A stretch of DNA of 64,000 nucleotides from Tolypothrix carrinoi HA7290-LM1 (GCA_019358935.1 JAHHIK010000009.1:32001-96000), one strand, 5' to 3'. Positions 1-10,044 are shown, counted from the first letter of the stretch. Notes: generated by a model not told the origin, from the sequence alone. Translations and numbers: made by a program.

Positions 1-168
1 CCCCAGTACCGAGCAAAATTAGAGGCTTTGACAAAACTCATCGAGCGTCATCAGCTTCGCCCAGTGATTGATTCAGTATTGTCTTGGGATCAGGTCGTTC
101 TGGCACATCAGCGTCTAGAGCAGGGAGGAACATGGGGCAAAATTGTGCTGAAGTTTACAGAAAATTAG
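1..168 (+). CDS. 3' end of a zinc-binding alcohol dehydrogenase / quinone oxidoreductase (MDR family), partial
   Basis: Frame 1 reads PQYRAKLEALTKLIERHQLRPVIDSVLSWDQVVLAHQRLEQGGTWGKIVLKFTEN*. RPVID...AH..LE.G...GKIVL is the typical MDR C-terminus. Confidence 0.8.
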   Translation, partial: PQYRAKLEALTKLIERHQLRPVIDSVLSWDQVVLAHQRLEQGGTWGKIVLKFTEN

Positions 169-226
169 ACCAGCTTTACGGCGTTGGTAATTGCTAAACG
201 GATCGGAGTTTGATTGTGTGCTGAAG

Positions 227-465
227 ATGAGAAGGCAGAAGTACGAAGGCAGAGGGCAGAAGGGAAACCCCATAAATGAATTTAGGGGTTTCTACTTAGA
301 ATATCTTGTGCCTTGCACTACGTGTCTCTGCACAAATCTTTTCTTTTCTCCACGAATGAATTCGGGGGCTTGAAACCTTTCGGGCAGAATGCATCGGACG
401 AAATTGTTTGGTATAAATCTTTCTTAAACCTTCTGCCCTCTGCCCTCAGCCTTCTGCCTTTTTTC
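227..465. mobile_element. MITE-like insertion with terminal inverted arrays of GGCAGA(A/G) heptamers
   Basis: Left gaaggcagaagtacgaaggcagagggcagaagg is an imperfect inverted match to right ccttctgccctctgccctcagccttctgccttttttc. The element interrupts one copy of a repeat that is intact at 1680. Confidence 0.6.
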
Positions 466-496
466 GGTCAACATTGATTGGAACAGGAGAAACAGG

Positions 497-706
497 ATGA
501 TACTGCAAGACAAAGTGGCTAGTTGCTAGAGGAACATCAGGAACTGGCAGAGCAACCGCCACCCTTGCGGTATCTGCGGAGCAGCGCGCTTTTGGTGCTG
601 CGGGCGCAAAATGGTCTTCTGCGACAAACCCGATGTAGAAGGGGAAGAAACTGCTGCTCTTATTCGCGAGACTGGAGCGGAGTGCTTGTTTTCAATCGCA
701 CAGTAA
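497..706 (+). pseudogene. Short-chain dehydrogenase (SDR) N-terminal remnant
   Basis: Across frameshifts it reads MILQDKVA..ARGTSGTGRATA...AFGAAGAK...VEGEETAALIRETGAECLF, a degenerate TGxxxGIG Rossmann motif. Truncated. Confidence 0.7.
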
Positions 707-806
707 CACCATAAGAATCTGACAAACGGCCCTAAGAATCTGAAAGAAACCAAGCCTGGGAACTGGCTACACTCCAGATATATATGTAGAAAAGGACTTA
801 GACACC

Positions 807-1205
807 ATGAGAAAGCAACTTGTGAATCCGCCACAACGGTATGATGGCAAACCACACGGATTGTCCCACGCTGTTATCGATACCGCAACAGGCACCGTCT
901 ACATCTCGGGTCAAGTTGACTGGGACATGAACCACCAAGTTTCATCCCACACCGTCGAGGGGCAACTCAAGAACGCGCTAAATAACCTAACGATCGTCCT
1001 AGATGCATCGGGAAGCTCCGTAGAGAATTTGCTGAACCTTCGCATCTACATTCGCGGTGAATTTGGAGAATTCCTTGAGGATATTGCACCAATTCTCGCA
1101 CAATTTCTGGCAAACTCGCGCCCCGCGCTTACTGGCATCGGTGTTGCCTCACTCGCCTCCCCAGAAATATTAGTTGAGATTGAGGCAACAGCAGCCCTTA
1201 AGTAA
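807..1205 (+). CDS. RidA/YjgF/YER057c family protein
   Basis: VYISGQV, RPALTGIGVASLA and LVEIEATA motifs; 132 aa. Confidence 0.85.
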   Translation: MRKQLVNPPQRYDGKPHGLSHAVIDTATGTVYISGQVDWDMNHQVSSHTVEGQLKNALNNLTIVLDASGSSVENLLNLRIYIRGEFGEFLEDIAPILAQFLANSRPALTGIGVASLASPEILVEIEATAALK

Positions 1206-1348
1206 TTATCTGCTTACTGGGTTGGCGAAATCCCTCCAATGGGAGAAGCATCGATCGCGGAATCAAGGTTAGTATGTATTCTTCCTGTTGGATTTCTGGC
1301 TGGTGACTATTTTTGCTGCGCCAAAATCAGGCTGAAAAAAGCTAGAAC

Positions 1349-1675
1349 GTGTTTATTCTGCAACTGCAAGCAATCGGTGAGAGCATCTCCTTAGTTCTGG
1401 GTACAGTGTTGCTCGCACTCGTCACGCCCGTCGGCGAGGAACTGCTCTTCCGAGGTGTCATCACTAATGCACTGCTACGCTACGGTCCGTTCATCGGGGT
1501 CGTGGGCAGCACCCTGATCTTCGCCCTCATGCACGGCTTCAACACCGTCTTCCCCGCCGCCTTGGTGGTCGGTCTCGTCACCGCCGAGGTGTACCGCCGC
1601 AACGGATCGGTCTGGCCCGCCGTTGTCGTCAACCTGCCCACAATCCCCGTGATGGTGCTCGCTGGCACGGGCTGA
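1349..1675 (+). pseudogene. CPBP/Abi (CAAX) intramembrane protease, N-terminally truncated
   Basis: EELLFRG and FALMH motifs are present. The final HxxxN motif is missing (WPAVVVNL). DNA is markedly more GC-rich than its flanks. Confidence 0.7.
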
Positions 1676-1880
1676 TATGACGGATCGGAGTTTGATTTTG
1701 TGCTGAAGGTCGATATTAATTGAAATCATTGAGAGTGCCTGGGGAGATTTTCCATCCTCCTACCGTTTAGTCATCAGCCAACCTCAGAACATTGTGTATG
1801 TAGCCTGCCCGACTGACTTTGCTCCTGAGTTGAATTACATGCGAAATATCGAGGCAATTCAATGTAAGCGTTTTTCCATA

Positions 1881-2000
1881 TTTTAGAGAGCGATTGACGT
1901 GACGATTCAAAAACTTTTAAAAACTTGCCACCAAATTTTAGAGAGCGACTGACGCGACAATTGAAAACCGTTTAAAAACTTTCCACCAACTTTTAGAGAG
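1881..2000. repeat. 55-bp imperfect tandem repeat (2 copies plus a partial third)
   Basis: ttttagagagcga.tgacg.gac.att.aaaa...tttaaaaactt.ccaccaa at 1881 and 1936; ttttagagag again at 1991. Confidence 0.85.
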
Positions 2001-2419
2001 GGAGTGCCAATTTAGTTTGTGAATAAGTGTGTAAAGGAGCTCTTTCTCACCGGGGGAACTGATGTAATTTGGTTCTGGGTTACCTGACATATAGTTGAAG
2101 CAAGCTGGATATCCGCTTTCAACGTACATATAAATGATGCGACATCTGGTTCCGTTGAATGCAGCACAATTACCGCTTCGGTGGTTTGGATGAGTCGTAT
2201 TGGTACTGTTTGCATTCTTTACCGCCACTGGTGTCGCTGTAGTGAATTGGATCTACAGTGCAAGGGAGATATTTGTTGGAGGTGAAGTAGGAGCAAGTTT
2301 GGCAGGACATAGTTTTTGAATGAGTTGTTAATTCAGTTTCGCGGAGCGCGATTGTAAAACTGCCTGAATGTCAACTAAATTTTCAGTGAGCTTAAGCGTG
2401 ATTTTGCCAGTGTAGTATA

Positions 2420-2887
2420 TTAACCATCTTTGTATTTTTTAGTTGATATGTTGTTTAATAAACCCGCGATATCTTCGGCATTAAACTTGTGTTTATTTTT
2501 AAGGTAATTAGGATATGTGGGTTTAATTAATTCTGGAGGACACATTTCTTCAGCCCGTCTAGATATTTCTTTAATAAGTTGATTTGTTGTACATTTTCTT
2601 AACTGAAACATTCTCTCTTTAATACTTTCAATGTCAGTATTGTCCCATATAATGATTATTTCCCCACCTAGCGCCTTGATAACATTTTCGACTGTTTTTA
2701 ACTTAGACCTTTCAGGTTCTTCAAAAAATTTGCCAATTGCTGAATGATATCTTGTTGCTGGGCTATTTTCTTCTCCAGTAATCTCTGCATATTTCTTGGC
2801 TAATTTGTATAGCGTCCATCCTAAATCTTCAAGCCTGAGTTCGAGTAATTCTTTCCACCCAATATTGCTATTAAATCTAAACCACAT
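2420..2887 (-). CDS. XRE-like helix-turn-helix DNA-binding protein
   Basis: GWTLYKLAKK...SKLKTVENVIKALGGEI pattern; divergent from the ParM gene. Confidence 0.6.
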   Translation of the reverse strand: MWFRFNSNIGWKELLELRLEDLGWTLYKLAKKYAEITGEENSPATRYHSAIGKFFEEPERSKLKTVENVIKALGGEIIIIWDNTDIESIKERMFQLRKCTTNQLIKEISRRAEEMCPPELIKPTYPNYLKNKHKFNAEDIAGLLNNISTKKYKDG

Positions 2888-3066
2888 AATTAATTGCCAT
2901 GCGTTTGTTCAGGGGGAAAGGAGCATAGCTAGAGTGGTAGTTTATGTTATTACAATATCTTAATAAAAAATAGGGTTTTTGAAATTTGTATGAACTAATC
3001 CCCTCTCATTTACGTGTGAGTTAGATTGGTTGTTACAAAATCATTCGTTAATAAAAAATTTCATAT

Positions 3067-4323
3067 ATGGCTAAAACTAGCGATAAAGCTCAACCTGAGA
3101 AAATTGTTTTAACTTTAGACATGGGCGGAAGCAAGACTAAGGCGATTGTACAGGAATATCCGGAAGGAAAGCCGCAAGTTTTGTTGATGGACTCTGAAGT
3201 TGCTGATGTGGCGAAGGCTTCGGTTGAGAATATACAACCAGAAGGGCTGCCTGAATCTCGTACTTGGGTAGGTGTGGGTGGAGAATACTATGTACTGGGT
3301 ACACTTGCTCGGCACCAGTTTCGGGGAATATCGCAATTGAAGGAACTTAAGTACGAACTGGCAGTACCCAAGGTATGTGGGGCAATTTGGTTGGCGAAAG
3401 AGAAATTGGGACTGGGGAATAATGTTTCTGTTTATTTGAATATTTTGCTGCCACCAGGGGAAACTCAAGACAAGGTTCAGTTGGAAACTCGATTGAAGGA
3501 GGTTTTTACAGGATTTGAAACTCCAGCGGGTAAGATGCGGGTGAAGATGGCTTATTATAACGTGGCATCTGAAGGAAGCGGTATATTCTTTTATCGCAGA
3601 CGCACCTTGGGGGGTACTATACCTACCTCGATGTTTGTGATGGTGGGTTATCGCAATGCGAGCGCTTTTATTGTTCGAGATGGTGTTCCCAGTCGGGGAA
3701 TTACTAGCGATTTGGGTATGTCTTGGCTTGTCAACAATTTTGTTGACAAAACATCAGGACTAAGTCCTGATGATACTAGTATTGTTGAGGTTTTGGTTGA
3801 GGCGGGTGCAAGTTGTGACTCCCAGGTGTTACAAAAACTTTCTCGCAAGCGCAAACCTGATGAGATCAAGGCTGATGGGGAGTCTATGTCTAAGGCTTTA
3901 TTGCTTGCTAGGGATGAGTACTGGCGGGCAATGGCGAGGTGGTTGCGCTCCAGAATAGAGGATGATGTGTGCGAGTTGATATTTTGTGGGGGTACAGCTG
4001 ATTACATCCGCCTTGAGATTGATGCTTATTTTAAGAAACAAGGTATTCCAATATCTTGGCACGCCGACATTGCGATTCCAGATATAGCCAGTAGCCTGGG
4101 CAATCGCATGACAGATGTAATTGCTCTGCACGAGCACATAGTGTTGGAATTGGATAGGTTAACTCATTACGAGCGCTCTCAATCTTTGTTTGATGCTCCT
4201 ACGGTTAAACCTTCCTCGGTTGCTGATATTGAGGTGAAAGCTAATACCCCTACTAAGTTTGTTCCCAATTATACTCCCCGCCCTGTCCCCAAGGAGTTTC
4301 TCACGATGAGCGATAAGATTTAG
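3067..4323 (+). CDS. parM: ParM/StbA family actin-like plasmid segregation ATPase
   Basis: Actin-fold motifs LDMGGSKTK, SEGSG, MVGYRN and IFCGGTA; 418 aa. Confidence 0.85.
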   Translation: MAKTSDKAQPEKIVLTLDMGGSKTKAIVQEYPEGKPQVLLMDSEVADVAKASVENIQPEGLPESRTWVGVGGEYYVLGTLARHQFRGISQLKELKYELAVPKVCGAIWLAKEKLGLGNNVSVYLNILLPPGETQDKVQLETRLKEVFTGFETPAGKMRVKMAYYNVASEGSGIFFYRRRTLGGTIPTSMFVMVGYRNASAFIVRDGVPSRGITSDLGMSWLVNNFVDKTSGLSPDDTSIVEVLVEAGASCDSQVLQKLSRKRKPDEIKADGESMSKALLLARDEYWRAMARWLRSRIEDDVCELIFCGGTADYIRLEIDAYFKKQGIPISWHADIAIPDIASSLGNRMTDVIALHEHIVLELDRLTHYERSQSLFDAPTVKPSSVADIEVKANTPTKFVPNYTPRPVPKEFLTMSDKI

Positions 4324-4445
4324 CCTATGCCAGCGTGGATGTACAGTAGTTTGAGATACTGTTTCTGTTGCAAAAGTTGAGCGATCGCTCTTGAATCTGT
4401 TGAAAAACAAACAGCCAGGATGTTATCCCGACTGTTTGTTATTTG

Positions 4446-4823
4446 TTAGAATGGTATTTCTTGTTCTACCAGTTCAGCTTCAGCATATTGCTTTTGCCGC
4501 TGTTCCCGGCGTTGCCAAGATTTCTTGTTGTACAGTAAAAGTTCTTCCATTCCCAAGTTGAACTTCTCTTTAGCAAAAGCTAGAAGCTGTTCGATGGTGT
4601 ATCGTTTATCTTCTGCTTTGCCAAAGGTGAGTTCAAACTGGATTTTGAATGCATCTTTGTCGAATGCTTCGCCTAACATCCGCTTTGATTCGAGATAGTG
4701 GATGTCTTTAATGCTGTAGAATATCGCATTATATTTGCGTTCATCAAAAGCATTAATTTGGAATTCACCCATTAAGGAATCGTCGATTATGGAAAGCTGA
4801 GTTTTGGTCGATTTAGTAGGCAT
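4446..4823 (-). CDS. Hypothetical protein, paralog of the upstream gene; ends EQEIPF
   Basis: ATG at 4823. Shares DS.MG..Q, F...FG, YT.EQ...F, FN.G.EELL..N.K.WQRRE with 4926-5282. Confidence 0.75.
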   Translation of the reverse strand: MPTKSTKTQLSIIDDSLMGEFQINAFDERKYNAIFYSIKDIHYLESKRMLGEAFDKDAFKIQFELTFGKAEDKRYTIEQLLAFAKEKFNLGMEELLLYNKKSWQRREQRQKQYAEAELVEQEIPF

Positions 4824-4925
4824 ATTTATCTCCTGTTGAATGTTTTTTCTGTATTTATTGTGCGAATGCACCTGTAAAAAAAGGAAATCTCACTCAAATC
4901 ACGAGTGAGATTTCTTTTAGATTGA

Positions 4926-5282
4926 CTAGATAACTTCTGGTTGATTGGCAAGATATTTCTCTCGACGCTGCCAGGTTTTGCGGTTGACTTCAAGAAGTTC
5001 TTCTAACCCCTTGTTGAAACGGTCGATTGAGAATTGAATCATCTGTTCAACCGTGTACTTGGGTTGTTCAACTGTGCCGAAGGTTTCCTGGAACTTTGCT
5101 TTGAATTCCTCCCATTCAGCCTTTTTCCACTTTGTACCAGACTTAGCCTCAGAGGATTTTCCATAAACTTCCTGTAGTCCGTAGTAGACTGCCTTGAGCT
5201 TGCTTTCTTGATATGATCGGAGTTGGTAAATACCCATTGTAGAATCATTAATTTTGACAAGCTTGTTGGTTTTAGTAGCCAT
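4926..5282 (-). CDS. Hypothetical protein, tandem paralog
   Basis: 118-aa ORF with an upstream GGAG; clear similarity to 4446-4823. Confidence 0.75.
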   Translation of the reverse strand: MATKTNKLVKINDSTMGIYQLRSYQESKLKAVYYGLQEVYGKSSEAKSGTKWKKAEWEEFKAKFQETFGTVEQPKYTVEQMIQFSIDRFNKGLEELLEVNRKTWQRREKYLANQPEVI

Positions 5283-5644
5283 AGTTATATCTCCACAAGT
5301 ATGAGTTATTTTTATTCATAATTTATCGGCGAACGCCGCTGCAAAAAATAAACGTATGAGTTATTTTTTTTCCTGTTAGTAATCTTCTTTATTTTGCGTA
5401 GCAGCTACTTGGGACGTGGATTTTTCCGGCTATGTAGTTTATAAAGACAGCTTCAGCTAAATATTTAAGTGCCTAAAGCCTTTACTTAGAAAGTTTTTAC
5501 TTTGCTTAAGAATGTAATTATGATGTTCTCCAACTTTAGTTGTACTTAATTACTAAATATTTGTTTGTTGTGGAAATTTCGGTATGTAAGTGAAGATAAA
5601 AACTTGATTGTAATTTATCTTTTTTACACGAGGAACTTGCATCT

Positions 5645-6244
5645 ATGTTGGCTTTAAAGCAAGAATTTTTTTCCAGCTATACGGCGGTTACACTTAACGA
5701 AGACACTTCTCCAACGCACAGTTTTCGCAATATAAACTGGGGAATGGGCCAGATTTATTTTGCCGATTCTGGTAATTATCAACCATTAGAAGTGAAAACC
5801 ATCTACTATAAGAATTCACCTATCCGCGTTGTCATAACTCCCGACGGTTTAGAGTGGGTTGCGCTTGATATTTTGCGTGCTTTGTTTTCTTCGGATCGGT
5901 TGTGCAATTATTACTGGGCATTGCAAACCTTGCCTATAATTTTTCGTCCAAAGCGATTAATTAAATCTTCAGGAGTAATTCAGTCCGAGGAAAATATGTC
6001 TAATGCTCTATTGAAGATAAAACACACGCTTCGTGTTGATGAAATTCATTGTTCAAAAATGCAGAATGAAGCATCTTTCAGAACAGTTATTCTTCACGAA
6101 GTTTTATTTAGCTGGCTATCTAAATATCTGAGCGATGAATCAATTTATGAATTTTGCGACTGGTTTTCCAACCACACCCAATTAGTGGATATGGGTTGTG
6201 AACGCCAGTATCAACCAGAAGTAATTGCATATTTCGCCGCTTAG
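5645..6244 (+). CDS. Hypothetical protein with a possible divergent Bro-N (antirepressor-like) domain
   Basis: YKNSPIRVVITPDGLEWVALDILRAL resembles the Bro-N N-terminus; F.DW near the C-terminus. Confidence 0.5.
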   Translation: MLALKQEFFSSYTAVTLNEDTSPTHSFRNINWGMGQIYFADSGNYQPLEVKTIYYKNSPIRVVITPDGLEWVALDILRALFSSDRLCNYYWALQTLPIIFRPKRLIKSSGVIQSEENMSNALLKIKHTLRVDEIHCSKMQNEASFRTVILHEVLFSWLSKYLSDESIYEFCDWFSNHTQLVDMGCERQYQPEVIAYFAA

Positions 6245-6767
6245 TATACACAGATGCACGACTACTATAATTCTGATGAGTTGCTCGTTTCCCAGTTGAA
6301 GCGTCAATGCAACTTTTGGGTTGATTCGCTCTTATTTGCGGCATTCTTATATCGCAATTGAACTTTTCTCTTGCCCGATTTATGAAACAGGTAAAGCGTG
6401 GGATAAAGGCTACTGTTTGGGATATGTCATTTATGCGTTACCTGGGGACTTAACCTATCTTAAGATCCGTGAAGATATTCTTTATCGCGTAGCCCATAGC
6501 TTATCTAGATTTTTTTATGCATAGTAGATGATGCTTGCCCTTATCAGGTTGTTAATGTAGTTAGTCAAGCGCGTATGATGAATGTTCATCCCATGAATCA
6601 AGCTCTATTTTTAGAGTATTGTTTGCAACTTGATTCCTCTCAATCAAAAGTCTTATAAACAATTGCAGCACTCAATCATTAGTATCTATCGGGTGCAGTG
6701 TGTTTCCAGAAGGAGAGGGGGGTAAAGATAAATATGCAACCCCCACTTTTGTTTATAATTAGCGCCT

Positions 6768-7748
6768 CTAAATCGTTTCTTTTTCTGCTTCGATCTCATT
6801 TGAAGGCTGCATTAAATCCAGAAGCTGTTTTAATAATTTATCAACTTTATTTAACCTTTTTTTATCTTCTAAAAGGGTTTTATCTTTCATTATCAACGAT
6901 GAAATTTTTACCATTTGTGCAGCTAATTCTCTTGTAGGCGTTTTTTGTTTTTCTTGTTTGCTAGTTTCCAGGATGCCCCCTACTATCTCTCTTATCTGTG
7001 ATAGGGATAGTTTTTCCTCAATTACCTTTTTTAAACAAGCTTGTCGTTGTGCTAAATCCTTAATTTTGGAGATGGCAGTTGCTTTGGTATATTCCAGTTC
7101 CCCTATGAGGAGTACTTCCTGAATGTCGGCGGGTAATTTGAGTAGGGGTAGGCGGTTAGCTACAAATGATTGCCATGTAATTTTGCCTAATTTAGAGAAA
7201 ATGTCTTGTATGGTAAGTCCTTCCGAACTAACCATAACGTTATGGTTAGAATTTCCCTTAGCTTCGTTATTCATGTCATATAGTAGTGAAACTACCATAT
7301 CTCTGTCAATATCTAGCTCGTTGGCGAGTAGTTCAATAATGCCGATAGTTTCTTCATAAGCGTTGAGGTCTTCTCTTTGTAGGTTTTCGCCCAACCGGAT
7401 GCGGCTTGCAGTTTGGTCATCGCAGTCAATGATATTGACGGGTATTTCTTCTAACCCAATTAAAGCGCAAGCACGAAGGCGGCGTTCGCCAGCCATGAGT
7501 TCGTAAGTGCTGCCTTCTGTAGGTCTGACTGCAATGGGTGCAAGAAGCCCATTTTGTTTGATATCGTTGGCTAGAGATTGTAGTGCTTCGGCATCAAAGT
7601 AGCGTCTTGGTTGGGATGGGGGAAGGATGATTGAATCTATTGGTAGGGTACTAGTGTTTTTGTTATTTGTGTTTTCTTCACTGGCACTACCCAATAAATC
7701 ATCAAGTGCATTTTTGTCGTATCCTTTCAGTTCAATTTGTTTGGTCAT
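6768..7748 (-). CDS. parB: ParB/RepB/Spo0J partition protein
   Basis: QPRRYF, AGERRLRA and ENLQREDLN motifs; directly downstream of parA. Confidence 0.95.
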   Translation of the reverse strand: MTKQIELKGYDKNALDDLLGSASEENTNNKNTSTLPIDSIILPPSQPRRYFDAEALQSLANDIKQNGLLAPIAVRPTEGSTYELMAGERRLRACALIGLEEIPVNIIDCDDQTASRIRLGENLQREDLNAYEETIGIIELLANELDIDRDMVVSLLYDMNNEAKGNSNHNVMVSSEGLTIQDIFSKLGKITWQSFVANRLPLLKLPADIQEVLLIGELEYTKATAISKIKDLAQRQACLKKVIEEKLSLSQIREIVGGILETSKQEKQKTPTRELAAQMVKISSLIMKDKTLLEDKKRLNKVDKLLKQLLDLMQPSNEIEAEKETI

Positions 7749-7750
7749 AT

Positions 7751-8527
7751 TTAAAGTTTGACGAGGTAAGAAGCTATTTCTTCTAAGATACTAACTGCGG
7801 GGTGGTTTTTTTTCCACAGAGCAAGTGGAAGATGTGCTTGTGATGCGCTTGGAAAATCTATTGATTTAGGAATAGGGGTAGTTATGTGGACGCGTCCTGA
7901 CATTTGGTTTTTGATGGCTTCGAGTATACCTGATTGTTGCAGGGTGCGTTTATCGTGCTGGGTTGGTATAAAAGCTGCAATTTGTAAGTCTTTGTGTCCT
8001 CCTTTTTTGAGACGGGCAATTGTTGTTAGTAGTTGTTCTGTGGCTGCATAGCATTTATATTCTGTCTGGACTGGTATCAATATATGGGTAGCAGCAAGCA
8101 GGCTCATAATGCTTAAATAGCCCAGTGAGGGAGGGCAATCTATCAAGATGTAATCGTATTTATCGGCTATTGGTTCGAGTATAAATTTTAGTTTTTGACG
8201 GTTGTCGGTTGTAATATCGCGTCCTAACTCTAGTTCAGCACCAGCTAAAGCATTATTGCTGGGTACAAGATGCATCTTGTGGATGGGTTCGTGCCAAATA
8301 TCTAGGTGTGCGCGTTCGGTGACAGCAGCATATATTGTCTGCTCGGATTTTAGTTCTTTGGGTTCAATCCCCATGAAGGTTGTCAGGCTGGCTTGGGGGT
8401 CCATATCGACAAGCAGGACTTGGTGTTTTTGTGCAAGATGATACCCCAGGTTGTGTACAGTTGTTGTTTTTCCAGCACCGCCTGACTGGTTAAATGCGGC
8501 AATTATCTTGGTCTTTTTGTTGTACAT
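7751..8527 (-). CDS. parA: ParA partition ATPase
   Basis: NQSGGAGKTT deviant Walker A, DMDPQ, DCPP; likely ATG at 8527. Confidence 0.95.
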   Translation of the reverse strand: MYNKKTKIIAAFNQSGGAGKTTTVHNLGYHLAQKHQVLLVDMDPQASLTTFMGIEPKELKSEQTIYAAVTERAHLDIWHEPIHKMHLVPSNNALAGAELELGRDITTDNRQKLKFILEPIADKYDYILIDCPPSLGYLSIMSLLAATHILIPVQTEYKCYAATEQLLTTIARLKKGGHKDLQIAAFIPTQHDKRTLQQSGILEAIKNQMSGRVHITTPIPKSIDFPSASQAHLPLALWKKNHPAVSILEEIASYLVKL

Positions 8528-8586
8528 AGGTAATTGGGTTCTTAAATATGTAATTGAGTTCTTAAGTAGGTAATTGGGTTCAAAAT
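8527..8586. repeat. Three 20-bp direct repeats abutting the parA start (candidate operator or centromere)
   Basis: taggtaattgggttcttaaa / tatgtaattgagttcttaag / taggtaattgggttcaaaat. Confidence 0.75.
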
Positions 8587-8982
8587 CAACTGTCACACGC
8601 CCTTATAATCCTTACCTTATGGAAGTATTATATTCGCTCTTGTGTTACAGTTTTACAAATAAGAAGCCGTAGATAGGTTAACTCTACTATTTCTGACGGT
8701 TCAATGAGTGCATTTTTGAGGTACAGAAAATTGATAAATCTAGTTTTACTCAAGGTTTGAGATATAGGACGAGTTGTAAATTGTATTAGCCTTGAAGCAA
8801 TACTTTGTCTAAGATGCTCGCCGAAGACAGCGCCCGTCCTGCCATAAGCGATAAGCGAGCAAAGCGCCCGCACTATATAAGTGCAACTCTATCAAACGGT
8901 AATGAAAAAAAGTAAAGAAAATAATGTCAGGATGAGTGTTTAGACTCACACTAACATTATTCTTAAATGAAATCAGAATTTA

Positions 8983-9402
8983 TTAAAATGCCGGCACCTC
9001 GCTTAGTTCCTCATCGCTATCGCTGGAAATATTTTCTTCTAGCAATTCTTGTGCGAAGTCGGGAGTTTCTTCTTTTGTAGATTCAAATTGCACTAATTCC
9101 TGGATAGTTTTTCCAGTTGAGATGAACCCTCTAATTACGAGGCTAGCAACTTTTTCTTTGTAGCCTTCTCGTTCGTTGACTTGTAAGTCGATGTATCCGG
9201 TAGCTATGCCTTGGGAGTTTCCCCCGGAACATTTGATGTCTACGGCTGGGATACCTTTGGCACGGTAGGAAATTTCATCTATTACCGCCCCATCTTTACC
9301 CCGATAGCTAAATTCAGCTATTCCGTAAGTGATTAAACTACCCAATGAGTCGTGGGACTCATTGACGCTTTTGATTACTACTGTTGCGTTGGTTTCAATC
9401 AT
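8983..9402 (-). CDS. Divergent cyanobacterial-type SSB-like OB-fold protein
   Basis: G.IDLQVNEREGYKEKVASLVI resembles cyanobacterial second-SSB (Ycf41-like) proteins; acidic tail DEELSEVPAF; next to ssb. Confidence 0.55.
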   Translation of the reverse strand: MIETNATVVIKSVNESHDSLGSLITYGIAEFSYRGKDGAVIDEISYRAKGIPAVDIKCSGGNSQGIATGYIDLQVNEREGYKEKVASLVIRGFISTGKTIQELVQFESTKEETPDFAQELLEENISSDSDEELSEVPAF

Positions 9403-9478
9403 GATGTTGTAAAACAATTCACTAAACGAACAATGCCCCAACCGATTGTTCTGGGCTGGGGACTTGACGAAGATATTT

Positions 9479-9862
9479 TTAGTAATTTGCGTTAGCAATG
9501 CTTGCGGTTTGTTTTTCTTCTTTATAGGATTTATCCTCGTTCTTTGGAGAACCTAATAATTCGATTGTTTGAACCGTTACTATTGGTTTAGACCGCATTG
9601 CACCTGAATTTTTGTCTGTCCACCTATCGAATCCAAATTCACCTACTATAGCGATTTGTGTTCCCTTTTTGACGTAATTTGCAATTACCTCGGCGGTTGA
9701 ACCCCAGGCGATAAGGTCGAACCATAATGCATTTTCACTTTTGTAAGGAGGTCTAACTGCAACCGAGATACTTGCTTTTACCGAGCCACTTTCAAAATAA
9801 CGGATTTCCGGGTCTTGACCGCAGCGTCCGACAATTGTGATGCGATTGAGATACTCGCTCAT
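9479..9862 (-). CDS. ssb: Single-stranded DNA-binding protein
   Basis: LNRITIVGRCGQDPEIRYFESG, WFDLIAWG, YVKKGTQIAIVG. Confidence 0.95.
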   Translation of the reverse strand: MSEYLNRITIVGRCGQDPEIRYFESGSVKASISVAVRPPYKSENALWFDLIAWGSTAEVIANYVKKGTQIAIVGEFGFDRWTDKNSGAMRSKPIVTVQTIELLGSPKNEDKSYKEEKQTASIANANY

Positions 9863-10044
9863 AAAATTTGTTGAAATTTTTAATACTTCAAATCCTTTTT
9901 GCGTAAGCACCTGTCTTGTTTGTGGTTGTTTGCGACTGGATGGGGGATATCCACAATTTTTCTAATATCTGGCTATCTTGTTTATCTATTGGTAGAAAAG
10001 TTATAGATACGGGAAATATATATGTATCGATTTATTAATTATTT

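Noticed and set aside
1780..1886. IS630 transposase fragment (FAPELNY resembles YSPELN)
   Set aside because: The match is too short, with no other transposase motifs or ends.
1881..2000. CRISPR array
   Set aside because: The whole 55-bp unit is repeated, with no unique spacers and no cas genes.
6250..6660. Frameshifted gene downstream of the Bro-N-like ORF
   Set aside because: Several short frames could join, but no recognisable family supports a call.
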